Shown: positions 1-8,911 of the stretch, piece by piece | Layout of the letters: every line of letters begins with the position of its first letter | Numbering within the stretch: position 1 is the first letter of the stretch | IMG/VR virus record: IMGVR_UViG_3300028887_003391 | Span: 1-64,000 of that record | DNA length: 64,000 nt | Origin: a virus | Taxonomy: Duplodnaviria; Caudoviricetes | Direction: 5' to 3' (one strand) | Translations under genes and position numbers: made by a program | The notes under the pieces: model-generated | Told to the model about the DNA's origin: nothing | The model's input: only the letters and a program-made list of their open reading frames with translations | The model's database searches: none

Positions 1-351
1 ATAGGCTACATCGGCGTGTTCAGGGTAATGGACCTCTCGGATGGCCGGACCCGTTACGCCGCCAGGATACTCATACGCCCGATGGAACTCCCGGCCGACC
101 TGGACTACTGGCTCCCCGAAATACAGGGCATGGAGAAGCACCTGGAAGCCGGCACGAAGTCCGGCGAGCGTTCCACCGTCTTTTCCAGGTTCATCGCCCG
201 GGCGAAGGAATTTGCCCGCAAGCATCCCGGCGCGACGCTCAACATGATAGCGATGCAGGTCCCGAACCACTATGCGACAAAGAGCTCCTGCGTAGGAGCT
301 CTAAGAAGGTATGCCAAGTTCGGCGTAATCGAGAAATTCTGGGCTGACTAG
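1..351 (+). CDS. hypothetical protein (probably 5'-truncated by window edge)
   Basis: Frame is open from position 1 to TAG at 349-351; converges on the minus-strand operon. Confidence 0.55.
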   Translation: MGYIGVFRVMDLSDGRTRYAARILIRPMELPADLDYWLPEIQGMEKHLEAGTKSGERSTVFSRFIARAKEFARKHPGATLNMIAMQVPNHYATKSSCVGALRRYAKFGVIEKFWAD

Positions 352-521
352 GGTTTCTTGCGCCTGATCATGACCGGAACCATTGGTTCCCGTCGCAGTT
401 GGTCCTCCGCCTTATCCAGGTCACCGCCGCATGCTTCGAGCGCCCGCTTGCAGCGGAGCAACCCCACTCCGCCACACCTGTTACGCAAAGCATATACCTT
501 TTCGGGAGTTATTGTCGACAT
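348..521 (-). CDS. stand-alone EF-Ts N-terminal (UBA-like) domain protein, 57 aa
   Basis: MSTITPEKVYALRNRCGGVGLLRCKRALEACGGDLDKAEDQLR matches the EF-Ts N-terminal pattern (IT...VKELR..TG.G...CKKAL....GD...A...LR); GGAGG RBS upstream of ATG 521. Confidence 0.7.
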   Translation of the reverse strand: MSTITPEKVYALRNRCGGVGLLRCKRALEACGGDLDKAEDQLRREPMVPVMIRRKKP

Positions 522-534
522 GGCCACGTCCTCC

Positions 535-1722
535 CTACGGTTCAAACTCATGGTTGATGAGCACGTCGGAACAGCTCGCGGCGTCAAACCATGCCTTCCT
601 TGACTTCACGAACGTTTCCACGATGCCCTTCCAGAGTTCGGGCGGGTGTATGGACACCACGTCGCCGTTACGGTACTTGGCGATCGTCATGGAGTTGAAA
701 TACTGCCACACATAGGTCCAGATGATGCCGGACATCGTCCCATACTGGCCAGTGCCGATAGAGTCCCTGGCAAAGTCCAGCGACCACGGAGACTGCACCA
801 CGGGCGGGTGCACCACGCCCTGATACGAAATCTCGAAGTCCACCGGCTTCGGGCGCAAGTGGAAGTGCGCCGCGATGATGGGGTTCCCGTAGAAATCCAC
901 CGGGTTGAACGGATCCGACTGCTTGGCCATGTCGGAAAACGCCACCGGAATGTTCATTGCGACATTGCGGAACAGCGAGGTCTCGTACCCGAACGTATTG
1001 TCATCGAGCCGTGTATTCATATAGTTGAACAGGATGCCCTCGTCCTCGACCGGAAGCAATTCCCGGTTCAGCGTCCGGGTAGCCTCCATGTACGGTCCCT
1101 TCTTGAACCAGTCGGTCATGTAAATGATGCCGCTGTTCGGCCACGGTGCGCTACCCGTCATCGAAATGCGTCCACCCCAGTGCGGATGCGCCTCGACCAG
1201 CTTCTTGACGTATTCCCCGAACGTCGGGATTTTTGTCAGTTTCCACCGGAAGTAGAGAATCTGGTTCACCGTCACGGAAAGCGGGTTCTCCCACTCGGCA
1301 GGAACGAACATGGCGAACTCCGAATGGTCGAACTTGCACCACGGAATACTGGTGAAGAACAGCGTATCGGCATCCACGATCAGGCGGTCATAGCCTTCGG
1401 CGACCCGCTGCATGGCATACAGCTTTGCCCCGGTTACCGCCGCGCGGTTGTCCGGGCCTGCGCCCTGCGCGTTCTGCCTGGAAAACTCCGCGACTTCTTT
1501 CGTAGGATGGATTTCCACGGTGAGGTCATACTTCATCTGGTCGGCAAGGAACTTCATCACACCGGCAGACACGTCGTCATTCGCCGCGACGATTACCGGG
1601 ACGTTGTTGCCGGACTGGAAATACGATGCGATGGAAGATGCGGCAAGCGCAATGAGCTTGTTCTTCTGCCGCACGTCGAGTTCACCGGTAAATAGGGGAT
1701 ATACTACGCGTTTCGCTGGCAT
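535..1722 (-). CDS. glycosyltransferase, GT-A fold (GT8-like)
   Basis: LIVDADTLFF (DxD), NSGIIY and IIAAHF..KP motifs; start placed at MPAKR overlapping upstream gene. Confidence 0.6.
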   Translation of the reverse strand: MPAKRVVYPLFTGELDVRQKNKLIALAASSIASYFQSGNNVPVIVAANDDVSAGVMKFLADQMKYDLTVEIHPTKEVAEFSRQNAQGAGPDNRAAVTGAKLYAMQRVAEGYDRLIVDADTLFFTSIPWCKFDHSEFAMFVPAEWENPLSVTVNQILYFRWKLTKIPTFGEYVKKLVEAHPHWGGRISMTGSAPWPNSGIIYMTDWFKKGPYMEATRTLNRELLPVEDEGILFNYMNTRLDDNTFGYETSLFRNVAMNIPVAFSDMAKQSDPFNPVDFYGNPIIAAHFHLRPKPVDFEISYQGVVHPPVVQSPWSLDFARDSIGTGQYGTMSGIIWTYVWQYFNSMTIAKYRNGDVVSIHPPELWKGIVETFVKSRKAWFDAASCSDVLINHEFEP

Positions 1723-2126
1723 CTGGACAGTCTCCAATCGACAAGTTTCAGGTAGATGCGCCACCACAGCCACGCGAGGCGCCCGTTCGGGTTGAACGGC
1801 ACGGATGCGTCGTCCAGGTAGAAGTTGGCGGTCACCTTGCGGCCGTACTTGATCCCGTAGTCGCCTTCCTTCTCGCCGATGGACATGTTCGTGTTCTCCG
1901 GGAATAGCAGATGGTATGCACAGAACGCCTGCGCATTTTCAAGATACGGCCCATCGGGGAAGCGCACGCCGCCATAGTTCTCCCGGCATGTCCAGAGGAT
2001 GAGCTTGTCGCCCATCTGCGCACGCTTCTTGAGCCAGTCAATCACGGCCCGGTTGGGCTTGGCCTTGCTGATGTCCGGCCATCCGTTGGTCGCCACGGTC
2101 CCGTCAAAATCAAACGCGATATCCAT
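1704..2126 (-). CDS. HAD-superfamily phosphatase (cap-less phage type)
   Basis: IAFDFDGTV motif I, ILWTCR motif II, RK..A.FYLDD motifs III/IV. Confidence 0.85.
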   Translation of the reverse strand: MDIAFDFDGTVATNGWPDISKAKPNRAVIDWLKKRAQMGDKLILWTCRENYGGVRFPDGPYLENAQAFCAYHLLFPENTNMSIGEKEGDYGIKYGRKVTANFYLDDASVPFNPNGRLAWLWWRIYLKLVDWRLSRCQRNA

Positions 2127-2740
2127 TACTGTTCCTTTGCGGGTCTTCCGCGTTTCGGCGTGTTTAACTTAAACGCCTCAAGTTTCTGCATGTAGTCGTC
2201 CATGTCGTCCCAGAGCGGCTTGTTGGCGATGCACCAGCGGACCATTTCCTTGCAGTCCTCGTTGTCAATCTGGTTCCAGATCAGGCTGTCTTCCCAGCCA
2301 CCCGGGTTCGCCCGGCACTCATCGACATACTTCTTGAACTGGGGAAGGGTCGCCCGGATGCCGGGATGTCCCTGCATTGCCTGGAGCGCGGTAAGCATGT
2401 TCCTGTGGAGCTCGGGCTGCCTGGACTCAATCCACATCTTCCTGAAATTGCACTGGCAATAGACAAACATGATGGCCCCGGTAGGGCCGAACTCCCATTC
2501 CGCCTTGGAAGGGATCATATATTCGAGCGTCTCCACGGCCTTCTGACGGAGGAACAGCTCGCTTTCCTGCCGTTTGATGTTGGCTGCCGCTATATCGGGG
2601 ATGCGATGGAGAAGATGGTTGCAGTTGATGACGCTTTCGGCGGCATACTTTGCCGTCATAAAATCCATGATTTCGCGGACGTTCTCGGATTTGAGAAGTT
2701 CGCTGGCCATTTCGGCCTCTTTTATAGTAATCTTGCCCAT
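2126..2740 (-). CDS. hypothetical protein
   Basis: 204 aa ORF, TAATG-coupled to downstream gene, ATG 6 nt below a class E promoter motif. Confidence 0.75.
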   Translation of the reverse strand: MGKITIKEAEMASELLKSENVREIMDFMTAKYAAESVINCNHLLHRIPDIAAANIKRQESELFLRQKAVETLEYMIPSKAEWEFGPTGAIMFVYCQCNFRKMWIESRQPELHRNMLTALQAMQGHPGIRATLPQFKKYVDECRANPGGWEDSLIWNQIDNEDCKEMVRWCIANKPLWDDMDDYMQKLEAFKLNTPKRGRPAKEQ

Positions 2741-2745
2741 GGCTA

Positions 2746-2758
2746 AAATATAGCAAAA
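2746..2758 (-). promoter_or_regulatory. class E promoter motif TTTTGCTATATTT (extended -10 like); probably leaderless mRNA
   Basis: Exact recurrent intergenic motif; TATATT ends 6 nt before ATG 2740. Confidence 0.7.
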
Positions 2759-2900
2759 GTGCGCGGGCGGGAGTTTACCAGGTCGCCCGGTCCTGCCCCG
2801 CCCTTGTGGAATGAACTATCTCGCCGAACTGCGCCTCGCGACGATAACCACCACCCGGCCCCAAGCCAGGTGTTCTCTCCACTAACGTACTGCGCACCTT
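2756..2900 (-). ncRNA. candidate structured ncRNA 'Z' (about 145 nt, class unknown)
   Basis: Intergenic; closing stem AAGGTGCGC/GCGCACTTT encloses ACCTGGC/GCCGGGT, GGGCGGG/CCCGCCC, ACCGG/CTGGT and GTGGA/TCCAC stems. Confidence 0.45.
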
Positions 2901-2909
2901 ATGGCAATA

Positions 2910-3230
2910 CTAGCCGAAAAGCGGGCCCGGGCCGTCCGCCGGAACGTCCTTGCTCCAGCTTTCGAAGGCCATCTTGGACACCTGGGCGTGCGCGTTCGCC
3001 TTGTTGCGGATTTCGCGGAGTTCGCAAAGTTCCTTGTCGCTATCGAGCATGGCGTTCAGGACGAGCTCGGTCGGCTTCTTCGGGTTCGGGTTCTCCGGCG
3101 TGGGCTTCGGGTTGAGGAATTCGAGAGCCTTTTCCGCACGGCGACGACGATACTTTTCGTCAGCGGCGTTGGAGTCGTTGATGATGCCAAGCATGCGCTC
3201 GCTCTGGATTTTCATTTCTTGATTGTTCAT
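2910..3230 (-). CDS. hypothetical protein
   Basis: 106 aa ORF with GAGG RBS. Confidence 0.7.
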   Translation of the reverse strand: MNNQEMKIQSERMLGIINDSNAADEKYRRRRAEKALEFLNPKPTPENPNPKKPTELVLNAMLDSDKELCELREIRNKANAHAQVSKMAFESWSKDVPADGPGPLFG

Positions 3231-3256
3231 GTTTTACCTCTTGTTGGAAATTAAAG

Positions 3257-3691
3257 TTAGCCGAAACACATCTTGTTTCGATAACGGCTGCCCATGTCAT
3301 AGACCACCGTCTTGCTCTGCGGGTTGAAGAAAGTCCGGCACCACAGGTTGGTATAGGCACCACCCTCTCCCCACGGGACATTGTATTTCACGCCCGCGAT
3401 ATAGATGGACGTAATATCAGTCGTCTTGGACAGCCGTTCCACGATATACTCCAGTTCGGTCAACCCACGCGCCTCAATTACAAGACGGTCTCCTCCACGG
3501 AGCTGCGCACCCTCGCCCAGGTCGATTTCGAGGTGCAGGTCGCTCATGCAATAGGCCTTGTCGAACTCGTTGTTCTTCGCATCCCATTCATAGCGCTCGC
3601 CGGACGTGGTAAACCGCAGGGACTTGACCGCGGCCATACCCACGGTAATCGTCTCGCAGCTGTCGAAAACCAGTTCTATCTCGTCAATCAC
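3257..3691 (-). CDS. hypothetical protein
   Basis: GTG start overlapping upstream TGA (GTGA); AAGGAG RBS. Confidence 0.7.
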   Translation of the reverse strand: MIDEIELVFDSCETITVGMAAVKSLRFTTSGERYEWDAKNNEFDKAYCMSDLHLEIDLGEGAQLRGGDRLVIEARGLTELEYIVERLSKTTDITSIYIAGVKYNVPWGEGGAYTNLWCRTFFNPQSKTVVYDMGSRYRNKMCFG

Positions 3692-5442
3692 AGCGCATAC
3701 TCCTTGTCCGCGTTGGAACGGTTCTTGCTCAGGCACCGGACGGCGTAGAACATGTCCTTCACGCCGTATTTAGCCTTACTCTCTGCACGGTGGATCCGCA
3801 TGATGTCATACAGGTTGGACACGTCCGCAAGCGTGATGCGCTTGAAACGCATATACCTGTAAAGCGGGCGGAAACGCCATGCCGCGTAGTTGGTCCTGTC
3901 ATCCTTGGCCTGGATGCCCATGAGCCGCCTCATGTAGATAGACGGATGGGGGAGACCGATCTCGATGACCTCGTCGAAACGACCGGAACGCTTGATGACC
4001 GCGTTGTTGAACAGCTTGGGGTTGTTCATCGTCGCGACGACGGTATAGTTCTTCAGCTCGGCGCCCGTCTTCGGATCCACGCCACCCGGGGCCACACGAC
4101 GCAAATCGGCAAACAACTTGATGAGCTTGCAGGTCTTGGTCTCCTGGGCAGGTTCCTGCGACGGCGTATTGCCTTCGGTAGTCTCGGCAGTAGCACGAGC
4201 CGGCGAATTGGCAAGCAGCTTGTCAACATCGTCCATCATGATGATTACGTTCCGCTGCTGGATGCTGGACACGATGTCCGCGACGAGACCCGGGCTGTCA
4301 ATCGAGTCCATGCAGATCACGAACGCATCCTTGGCCTCCCTCACGAACTTCTCCATGATGTAGGTCTTGCCCGTTCCCGGAACCCCCACGAGCGCGTATG
4401 CGCGTGAGAACCCGCGCCTCATTGAGGTGTGCATCCGGTCGATGATGCCACGGGTATTTGCGTCGAAAATCTCCCCGGGAGGGTCATTGTATGTACGTCG
4501 CATTGAGCTCATCCATGTTTCATGGAGCACCAGCCCGTGCACTTGCGGGTCGATGATGCCGAACGAAATGTCCGGGACATAGTTCGGGGTGGTTTTCTGG
4601 TATGAATCCTCGTTCCAGTAAAGAACGGCAGCTCCGCCCCCGCCAAAACAGATGACCTTTTCCGAAGCCAGTATGCCACGGTTGGCAAGCTGCGCGAACA
4701 CGACAAGCGTATGCTGGAGCTCGGGAACGTCCACGATCACGTAGATATAGTCCCCCTGCACCTTCGACACCTTATATTCCTTGCCATTCCACTCAGGCAC
4801 CCCGTTCTTGTATTTCAGGACGAAATGGAGTTTCTTCTGGTTGGTATAGCTGTACTCCTCGTCCATGCGCAGCTGGTGGGCGGTAGTCACCTCGATACTC
4901 TCGCCAAGTTCCAGCTGGCACATCCGCACGATGAACATGTAGGCCAGCCACACGTCGTGGATATTGCCGTCCATGCGCGGATAGTCCGAAAGAGAAATCG
5001 GAGCGGCTGCCGTCGTCCCGAATACCTTGCGCAGCTTGTCGCGGACATTCATCCCGCCGGCGAACTCGATCTTCGGGACGATGTCCCCCACGAACTGGTC
5101 CAGGAAGACCGCGTTGCGGACGCCCTTCATGAAAGTCGCCACCGGGGTGTTCGGGACGACGATGCTCACCAGCTTCTCGGCAGCATACACGTACTTGGCG
5201 GTAATCGGCATCAGCACCGAGCCGCGCAGCATACGGATGCCGCTGTTCTTGAACCGGCGTTTCAGGATATCCGGGCGGAACAGGGCCTGCATGAGACCCT
5301 TCACCGTGTTGCTCCGGTTTACGTAGATCGGAGGCAAGTCGCGGACAACCTCGTCGAACTTCTGTATGGAGTCGTCGAGCTTGCTCTCGTTCTTCGCCGT
5401 TTCCGGTTCCGGGTGCAATGCGTCACGCTGGGTCTCGCTCAT
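3688..5442 (-). CDS. AAA+ ATPase with N-terminal extension
   Basis: Walker A GVPGTGKT, Walker B IIMMDDVD, sensor ATMN, arginine finger KRSGRFD. Confidence 0.85.
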   Translation of the reverse strand: MSETQRDALHPEPETAKNESKLDDSIQKFDEVVRDLPPIYVNRSNTVKGLMQALFRPDILKRRFKNSGIRMLRGSVLMPITAKYVYAAEKLVSIVVPNTPVATFMKGVRNAVFLDQFVGDIVPKIEFAGGMNVRDKLRKVFGTTAAAPISLSDYPRMDGNIHDVWLAYMFIVRMCQLELGESIEVTTAHQLRMDEEYSYTNQKKLHFVLKYKNGVPEWNGKEYKVSKVQGDYIYVIVDVPELQHTLVVFAQLANRGILASEKVICFGGGGAAVLYWNEDSYQKTTPNYVPDISFGIIDPQVHGLVLHETWMSSMRRTYNDPPGEIFDANTRGIIDRMHTSMRRGFSRAYALVGVPGTGKTYIMEKFVREAKDAFVICMDSIDSPGLVADIVSSIQQRNVIIMMDDVDKLLANSPARATAETTEGNTPSQEPAQETKTCKLIKLFADLRRVAPGGVDPKTGAELKNYTVVATMNNPKLFNNAVIKRSGRFDEVIEIGLPHPSIYMRRLMGIQAKDDRTNYAAWRFRPLYRYMRFKRITLADVSNLYDIMRIHRAESKAKYGVKDMFYAVRCLSKNRSNADKEYAL

Positions 5443-5543
5443 TCCTCATTCCCCGACTTGACGTGCCAGTAGATAGCCAGAACGATGCGGACCGCGAGGA
5501 CCGCGTAGATTGAATAGCGGATTGTCTTGAACAGCTGTTTCAT
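5439..5543 (-). CDS. small membrane peptide, 34 aa (not in ORF track)
   Basis: MKQLFKTIRYSIYAVLAVRIVLAIYWHVKSGNEE; fills the gap exactly, with TAATG and ATGA overlaps on either side. Confidence 0.65.
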   Translation of the reverse strand: MKQLFKTIRYSIYAVLAVRIVLAIYWHVKSGNEE

Positions 5544-6178
5544 TATACACCGATGATGAGGTTGGTGGTCGAATCCTTGAAGAACGTCGCATACTTGTGC
5601 GGTTCGGTAATCTTGCTCATCACGTCATCCGGGCTGCAACGATGGAAGATGATGTGGAAACCGCTCTTGGACTGGAAGACGGCGGAAACCTTCTTGCCTA
5701 TGTAATTGGACATTGCGCTTTCAATGAAACCGCAATAGCGTTCCACGCGGGCTTCGAGCTGCTCCCTGGTCTCTTCCGGCATCGGGTCGATGTCGAGCAT
5801 GTAGAAACCGCGGCCGGAAGCGCCGACCTTGTCAACGACGCCCGGATAGATGGCCGTCGCGATAGGATGTTCATTCTTGAGCGAGGCCTGCATACATTCA
5901 TGGGCAAGCTGGAAGTTGCATGCGTCAACGTTCTTGCGGTTGACGCCGATGGTGATGCGGCCACCCTTTTCTGCATACTCGTAAAGACGCGGCTTGACCT
6001 TGTCAAGTTCCGCGAACGAACGGACGAACCAGTGCTTGCTGGCCTTGGAGTCCTTTGCGCAGTTGCCGTCCTTCTTGCGGAGGAGCCACTGGAGGTGATA
6101 CATTTCGGTTGCGGGCCACTCGCCGTTGCTCTTGACCCATTCGACAAACTTGTCATAGTTATCTAAGATAATTGCCAT
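5543..6178 (-). CDS. conserved phage protein, possible AEP (primase-polymerase)-like fold
   Basis: FYMLDID (hhhDhD) and SKSGFH (SxxxxH) resemble AEP motifs I/II; RKKD motif. Confidence 0.5.
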   Translation of the reverse strand: MAIILDNYDKFVEWVKSNGEWPATEMYHLQWLLRKKDGNCAKDSKASKHWFVRSFAELDKVKPRLYEYAEKGGRITIGVNRKNVDACNFQLAHECMQASLKNEHPIATAIYPGVVDKVGASGRGFYMLDIDPMPEETREQLEARVERYCGFIESAMSNYIGKKVSAVFQSKSGFHIIFHRCSPDDVMSKITEPHKYATFFKDSTTNLIIGV

Positions 6179-6179
6179 G

Positions 6180-6392
6180 TTAAACCTGCTTTACAAATTC
6201 CATCTGCCCGAGGCTCCATACGAACCCCATGGCAAGTAAGTTTTCGATGCGCCACGGAATGTCCGCGGCAATCTGGTCTGCGCTCTCGACAACAACCTTG
6301 TAAACGTCATCGAACACCGACCCGTCCGGTGCAGTGAAGTTCACCTGGACCTTCCAGAGCTGCTTCGGCTTTGCCTGCGACTTCTTAGCCAT
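6180..6392 (-). CDS. hypothetical protein
   Basis: 70 aa ORF packed in operon. Confidence 0.65.
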   Translation of the reverse strand: MAKKSQAKPKQLWKVQVNFTAPDGSVFDDVYKVVVESADQIAADIPWRIENLLAMGFVWSLGQMEFVKQV

Positions 6393-7548
6393 TCTTCCCC
6401 CCTGCCGCGTTAATCATGTCCACACACTCGAAACAGCATTCGTCGATGGACTCCTGGCTGTACTTGATGTCCGGGAGGCTGGACTGATCGTAGGCGACCC
6501 TGACTTCCTCGATGAGGCTATCGACATACTCCATGGCCTTCTCGTAGGACCACATGCCGTTCTTGATGCCAAGGAGGAACTCGCGGTCGGCGGAACGGTC
6601 AACAATCAGCTTGCCGGTCCTGGCGAGGTCGCGGGCAGTCATCAAGATGCGAATGCAGTGCATCATGTTCTTGGAGTCGTAGCCGTGGCCATGCTTCAAC
6701 GTGGTCGCATAGCGCTCGGCATTGCGTTCCTTGATCCATTTGCGATATTCAGTGCGTTCCTTGCACTCCTGGGAATAATGGTCCTGGTTGAAGACGAAAT
6801 GCGCAACCAGCTCGGCATTCTTGGGGATGCTGTTCAGCTGGATTTCACAGCTCTTCTTCACGTCGCGGACGATTCCGTATGCCCAGCGCCATTCATGCTC
6901 CGGGCGTTCAATCACACCGTTGCCCGACGGGATATAGCCCGCCCCCGGATCCTGGTGATACAGCGCATACCCGCCACGGATATGTTCCACCTTCGCCGCG
7001 GCATACCATTTCTGGTCGCGTTCGGTTACTGAACGGCTCGCGAGCCATTCGGGCATGGGCGTAGCCGGGCCTTTGGTATTGTCAAGCACCCAGCAGTATT
7101 CGAGGAGGCTCGGAAGTTCGAGCGGCTTCGGGTTGAAAACCTTCCGGTTGAGACCCTTGGCCTTGCAGATCTGCCCGCGGGCATATTCCACGAAAGGCTT
7201 CTGCGACTGCTTGGAAAGGAAGCCGCCCATCTTGCCGCGGAGCTTTTCGAGGAAATCCTTGCCTTCGATGATGCAGTGGTCCGGGCTGTAGAGGAGGTCA
7301 AGCGCCTGGGCGTTGAACTTCGCAAGTTCCTTGATGAACTTGGTAACTTCCCAGTAAACCTCGTTGTTCTTCTCGTCGGCAATCTGCAGGGCGGGTTCCC
7401 TGCGGAGCCATTCCTTGTACGGGAGCACGTAAACGCCGCGGATGTCAATATCCGACGTCGGCGTGGCAAGCCCGAACGCCTGGGAACCGACGACGCATTT
7501 GACTACGAGCGTTCCGGTCTCACGAACTTTCTTTTCAGTCTCAGTCAT
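6385..7548 (-). CDS. Pol-beta superfamily nucleotidyltransferase (RlaP/YcgL-like)
   Basis: VVGSQAFGLATPTSDIDIRGVY (GS...DxD); C-terminal YDSKNMMHCIR. Confidence 0.85.
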   Translation of the reverse strand: MTETEKKVRETGTLVVKCVVGSQAFGLATPTSDIDIRGVYVLPYKEWLRREPALQIADEKNNEVYWEVTKFIKELAKFNAQALDLLYSPDHCIIEGKDFLEKLRGKMGGFLSKQSQKPFVEYARGQICKAKGLNRKVFNPKPLELPSLLEYCWVLDNTKGPATPMPEWLASRSVTERDQKWYAAAKVEHIRGGYALYHQDPGAGYIPSGNGVIERPEHEWRWAYGIVRDVKKSCEIQLNSIPKNAELVAHFVFNQDHYSQECKERTEYRKWIKERNAERYATTLKHGHGYDSKNMMHCIRILMTARDLARTGKLIVDRSADREFLLGIKNGMWSYEKAMEYVDSLIEEVRVAYDQSSLPDIKYSQESIDECCFECVDMINAAGGKNG

Positions 7549-7572
7549 GTTTCAATCCTATATTGTCCACTA

Positions 7573-7585
7573 AAATATAGCAAAA
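7573..7585 (-). promoter_or_regulatory. class E promoter motif; T-tract shared with upstream terminator hairpin (7586-7604)
   Basis: Exact TTTTGCTATATTT immediately after hairpin CGCGCGG/CCGCGCG. Confidence 0.7.
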
Positions 7586-7629
7586 ACGCGCGGTCTCCCG
7601 CGCGTCCTTGCTCAACAACATCAAACTTT

Positions 7630-8181
7630 TTACCACGATTGCGAATCGTCGTCAATCAAGTCATAGGTAACTCCGTCCGGCGATGACTTTGTTATGCGGT
7701 CGTCATGCCGCAGCAGTCCGTTCTCGGCATCCCACTTGGCATGGTTCTCCGCAAGAAATTCCGGGGACGGTTCCTGGGGCTTGCCGCCATAGGTGCTTCC
7801 GTAGCGTATTCCACGCCGCGTTATCGTCCTGATGAGCTGGTTTGGCGTCTCCTCGGTTCCATACTCGTCAACGATTTTCAGCGCGTTGGCAAAGATCTGT
7901 TCCCAGTCGCGCAGTGTTTCACACAGTCCCGGAATGTAATGGAGGGAAAATCGCCATCCGCACGAGCTCTTGCCCACATGCAGTGTAAGCGGAGCCCTGG
8001 ACCCGTTACGCTTGCCGGCATGTTCCATCATGTAATTGGCTTGCTGCCTGGCGCGTTCATAAATGGAACCGCTGACCGGGGTAAACAGCCCATACTGCGC
8101 CATAACATTAGAATAAGGGCCACCCTTGATTGCACGGATCAGCCCTCGCTTGCCTATCTTGACGTAATGGTTTGTCCCCAT
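7630..8181 (-). CDS. conserved phage hypothetical protein
   Basis: 183 aa, LHVGKSSCGWRF motif, GAGG RBS. Confidence 0.75.
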   Translation of the reverse strand: MGTNHYVKIGKRGLIRAIKGGPYSNVMAQYGLFTPVSGSIYERARQQANYMMEHAGKRNGSRAPLTLHVGKSSCGWRFSLHYIPGLCETLRDWEQIFANALKIVDEYGTEETPNQLIRTITRRGIRYGSTYGGKPQEPSPEFLAENHAKWDAENGLLRHDDRITKSSPDGVTYDLIDDDSQSW

Positions 8182-8195
8182 GGCGGTTCCTCAAA

Positions 8196-8450
8196 TGGGG
8201 GCGACGTTATCCTTTTCATCCCCGGCCCGTTAGGCCGCCAGGAAGCAACACAAGTCACCCGTCAACCGTTGCCACCGCTTAGCCATCCGGGTTCTGCGAC
8301 ACGCTTGCCGCTCCGCCAGGTGAGGCACCGCAGTTTTGCAGACGCAGCATGGAAAGACGGTGTCCGCTGCCTTAGTGGCATGCCGCTCCACTCGGAGCCG
8401 GTCACCCACATCTACCCCAGTGCTGGAGGGCGGTCCTACCGACAGCAGGA
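8196..8450 (-). ncRNA. candidate structured ncRNA 'Y' (class unknown)
   Basis: Non-coding gap after tmRNA; long-range closing stem 8408-8419/8196-8207, several hairpins, collinear motifs shared with 8912-9188. Confidence 0.55.
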
Positions 8451-8460
8451 CGAAAATTCG

Positions 8461-8824
8461 TGGAGATGAGGGGGTTCGAACCCCTGTCCTAAATACCTCA
8501 TCGCGTCAACCGTATCACCATCAATCTATTAGGGCTCTACCTGAGCCACAAGGGGATCTACCCGAGAGGGGTCCTGGTCCAGTGTAAGATAGCCGATCTA
8601 CGACCAGTAACTCACGGCTAAATCTGGAAGATATGCACTTGGTCCCGGAATTTATTCCTTCCGCTTGTTCCGGGCAATCGAGCCGCTACTGATTAGGCGG
8701 CAGCGCGATAGGCGAATGCACTGTTGTTGGCATTTATGTTTTCGGTCCATTTGTGACGCAGCCATAGACCAACTGCGGGTGAGGTCTTGGTAACTTGATA
8801 CCCAGTCGAAACCAAAGCATCCCC
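8461..8824 (-). ncRNA. ssrA: tmRNA; tag peptide ANNSAFAYRAAA* (8731-8693)
   Basis: 5' GGGGATG pairs with 3' CATCTCC-A with G3:U wobble; TTCGAC near 5' end; T-arm CAGGGG-TTCGAAC-CCCCT; resume context ATAAAT-GCC; tag ends in AAA; 364 nt; CCA not encoded. Confidence 0.95.
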
Positions 8825-8837
8825 AAGATTATTGTAG

Positions 8838-8909
8838 TTGCCCGTGATGGCTTCGAACCACCGAATGGAGGATTCAGAATCCTCTGCCTTACCACTTGGC
8901 TAACGGGCA
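8838..8909 (-). tRNA. tRNA-Gln (anticodon CTG)
   Basis: Cloverleaf: acceptor TGCCCGT/ACGGGCA, anticodon arm GAGGA-TTCTGAA-TCCTC, GGTTCGAAGCC T-arm; CCA not encoded. Confidence 0.95.
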
Positions 8910-8911
8910 AT

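Noticed and set aside
2840-2885. Hairpin ribozyme (GAGAGAACAC...GTGGT resembles loop B)
   Set aside because: The GUAUAUUAC strand and loop A elements are not matched
8838-8909. Suppressor tRNA or stop-codon recoding
   Set aside because: The anticodon is CTG, not CTA, and recognisable genes end normally at TAA, TAG and TGA
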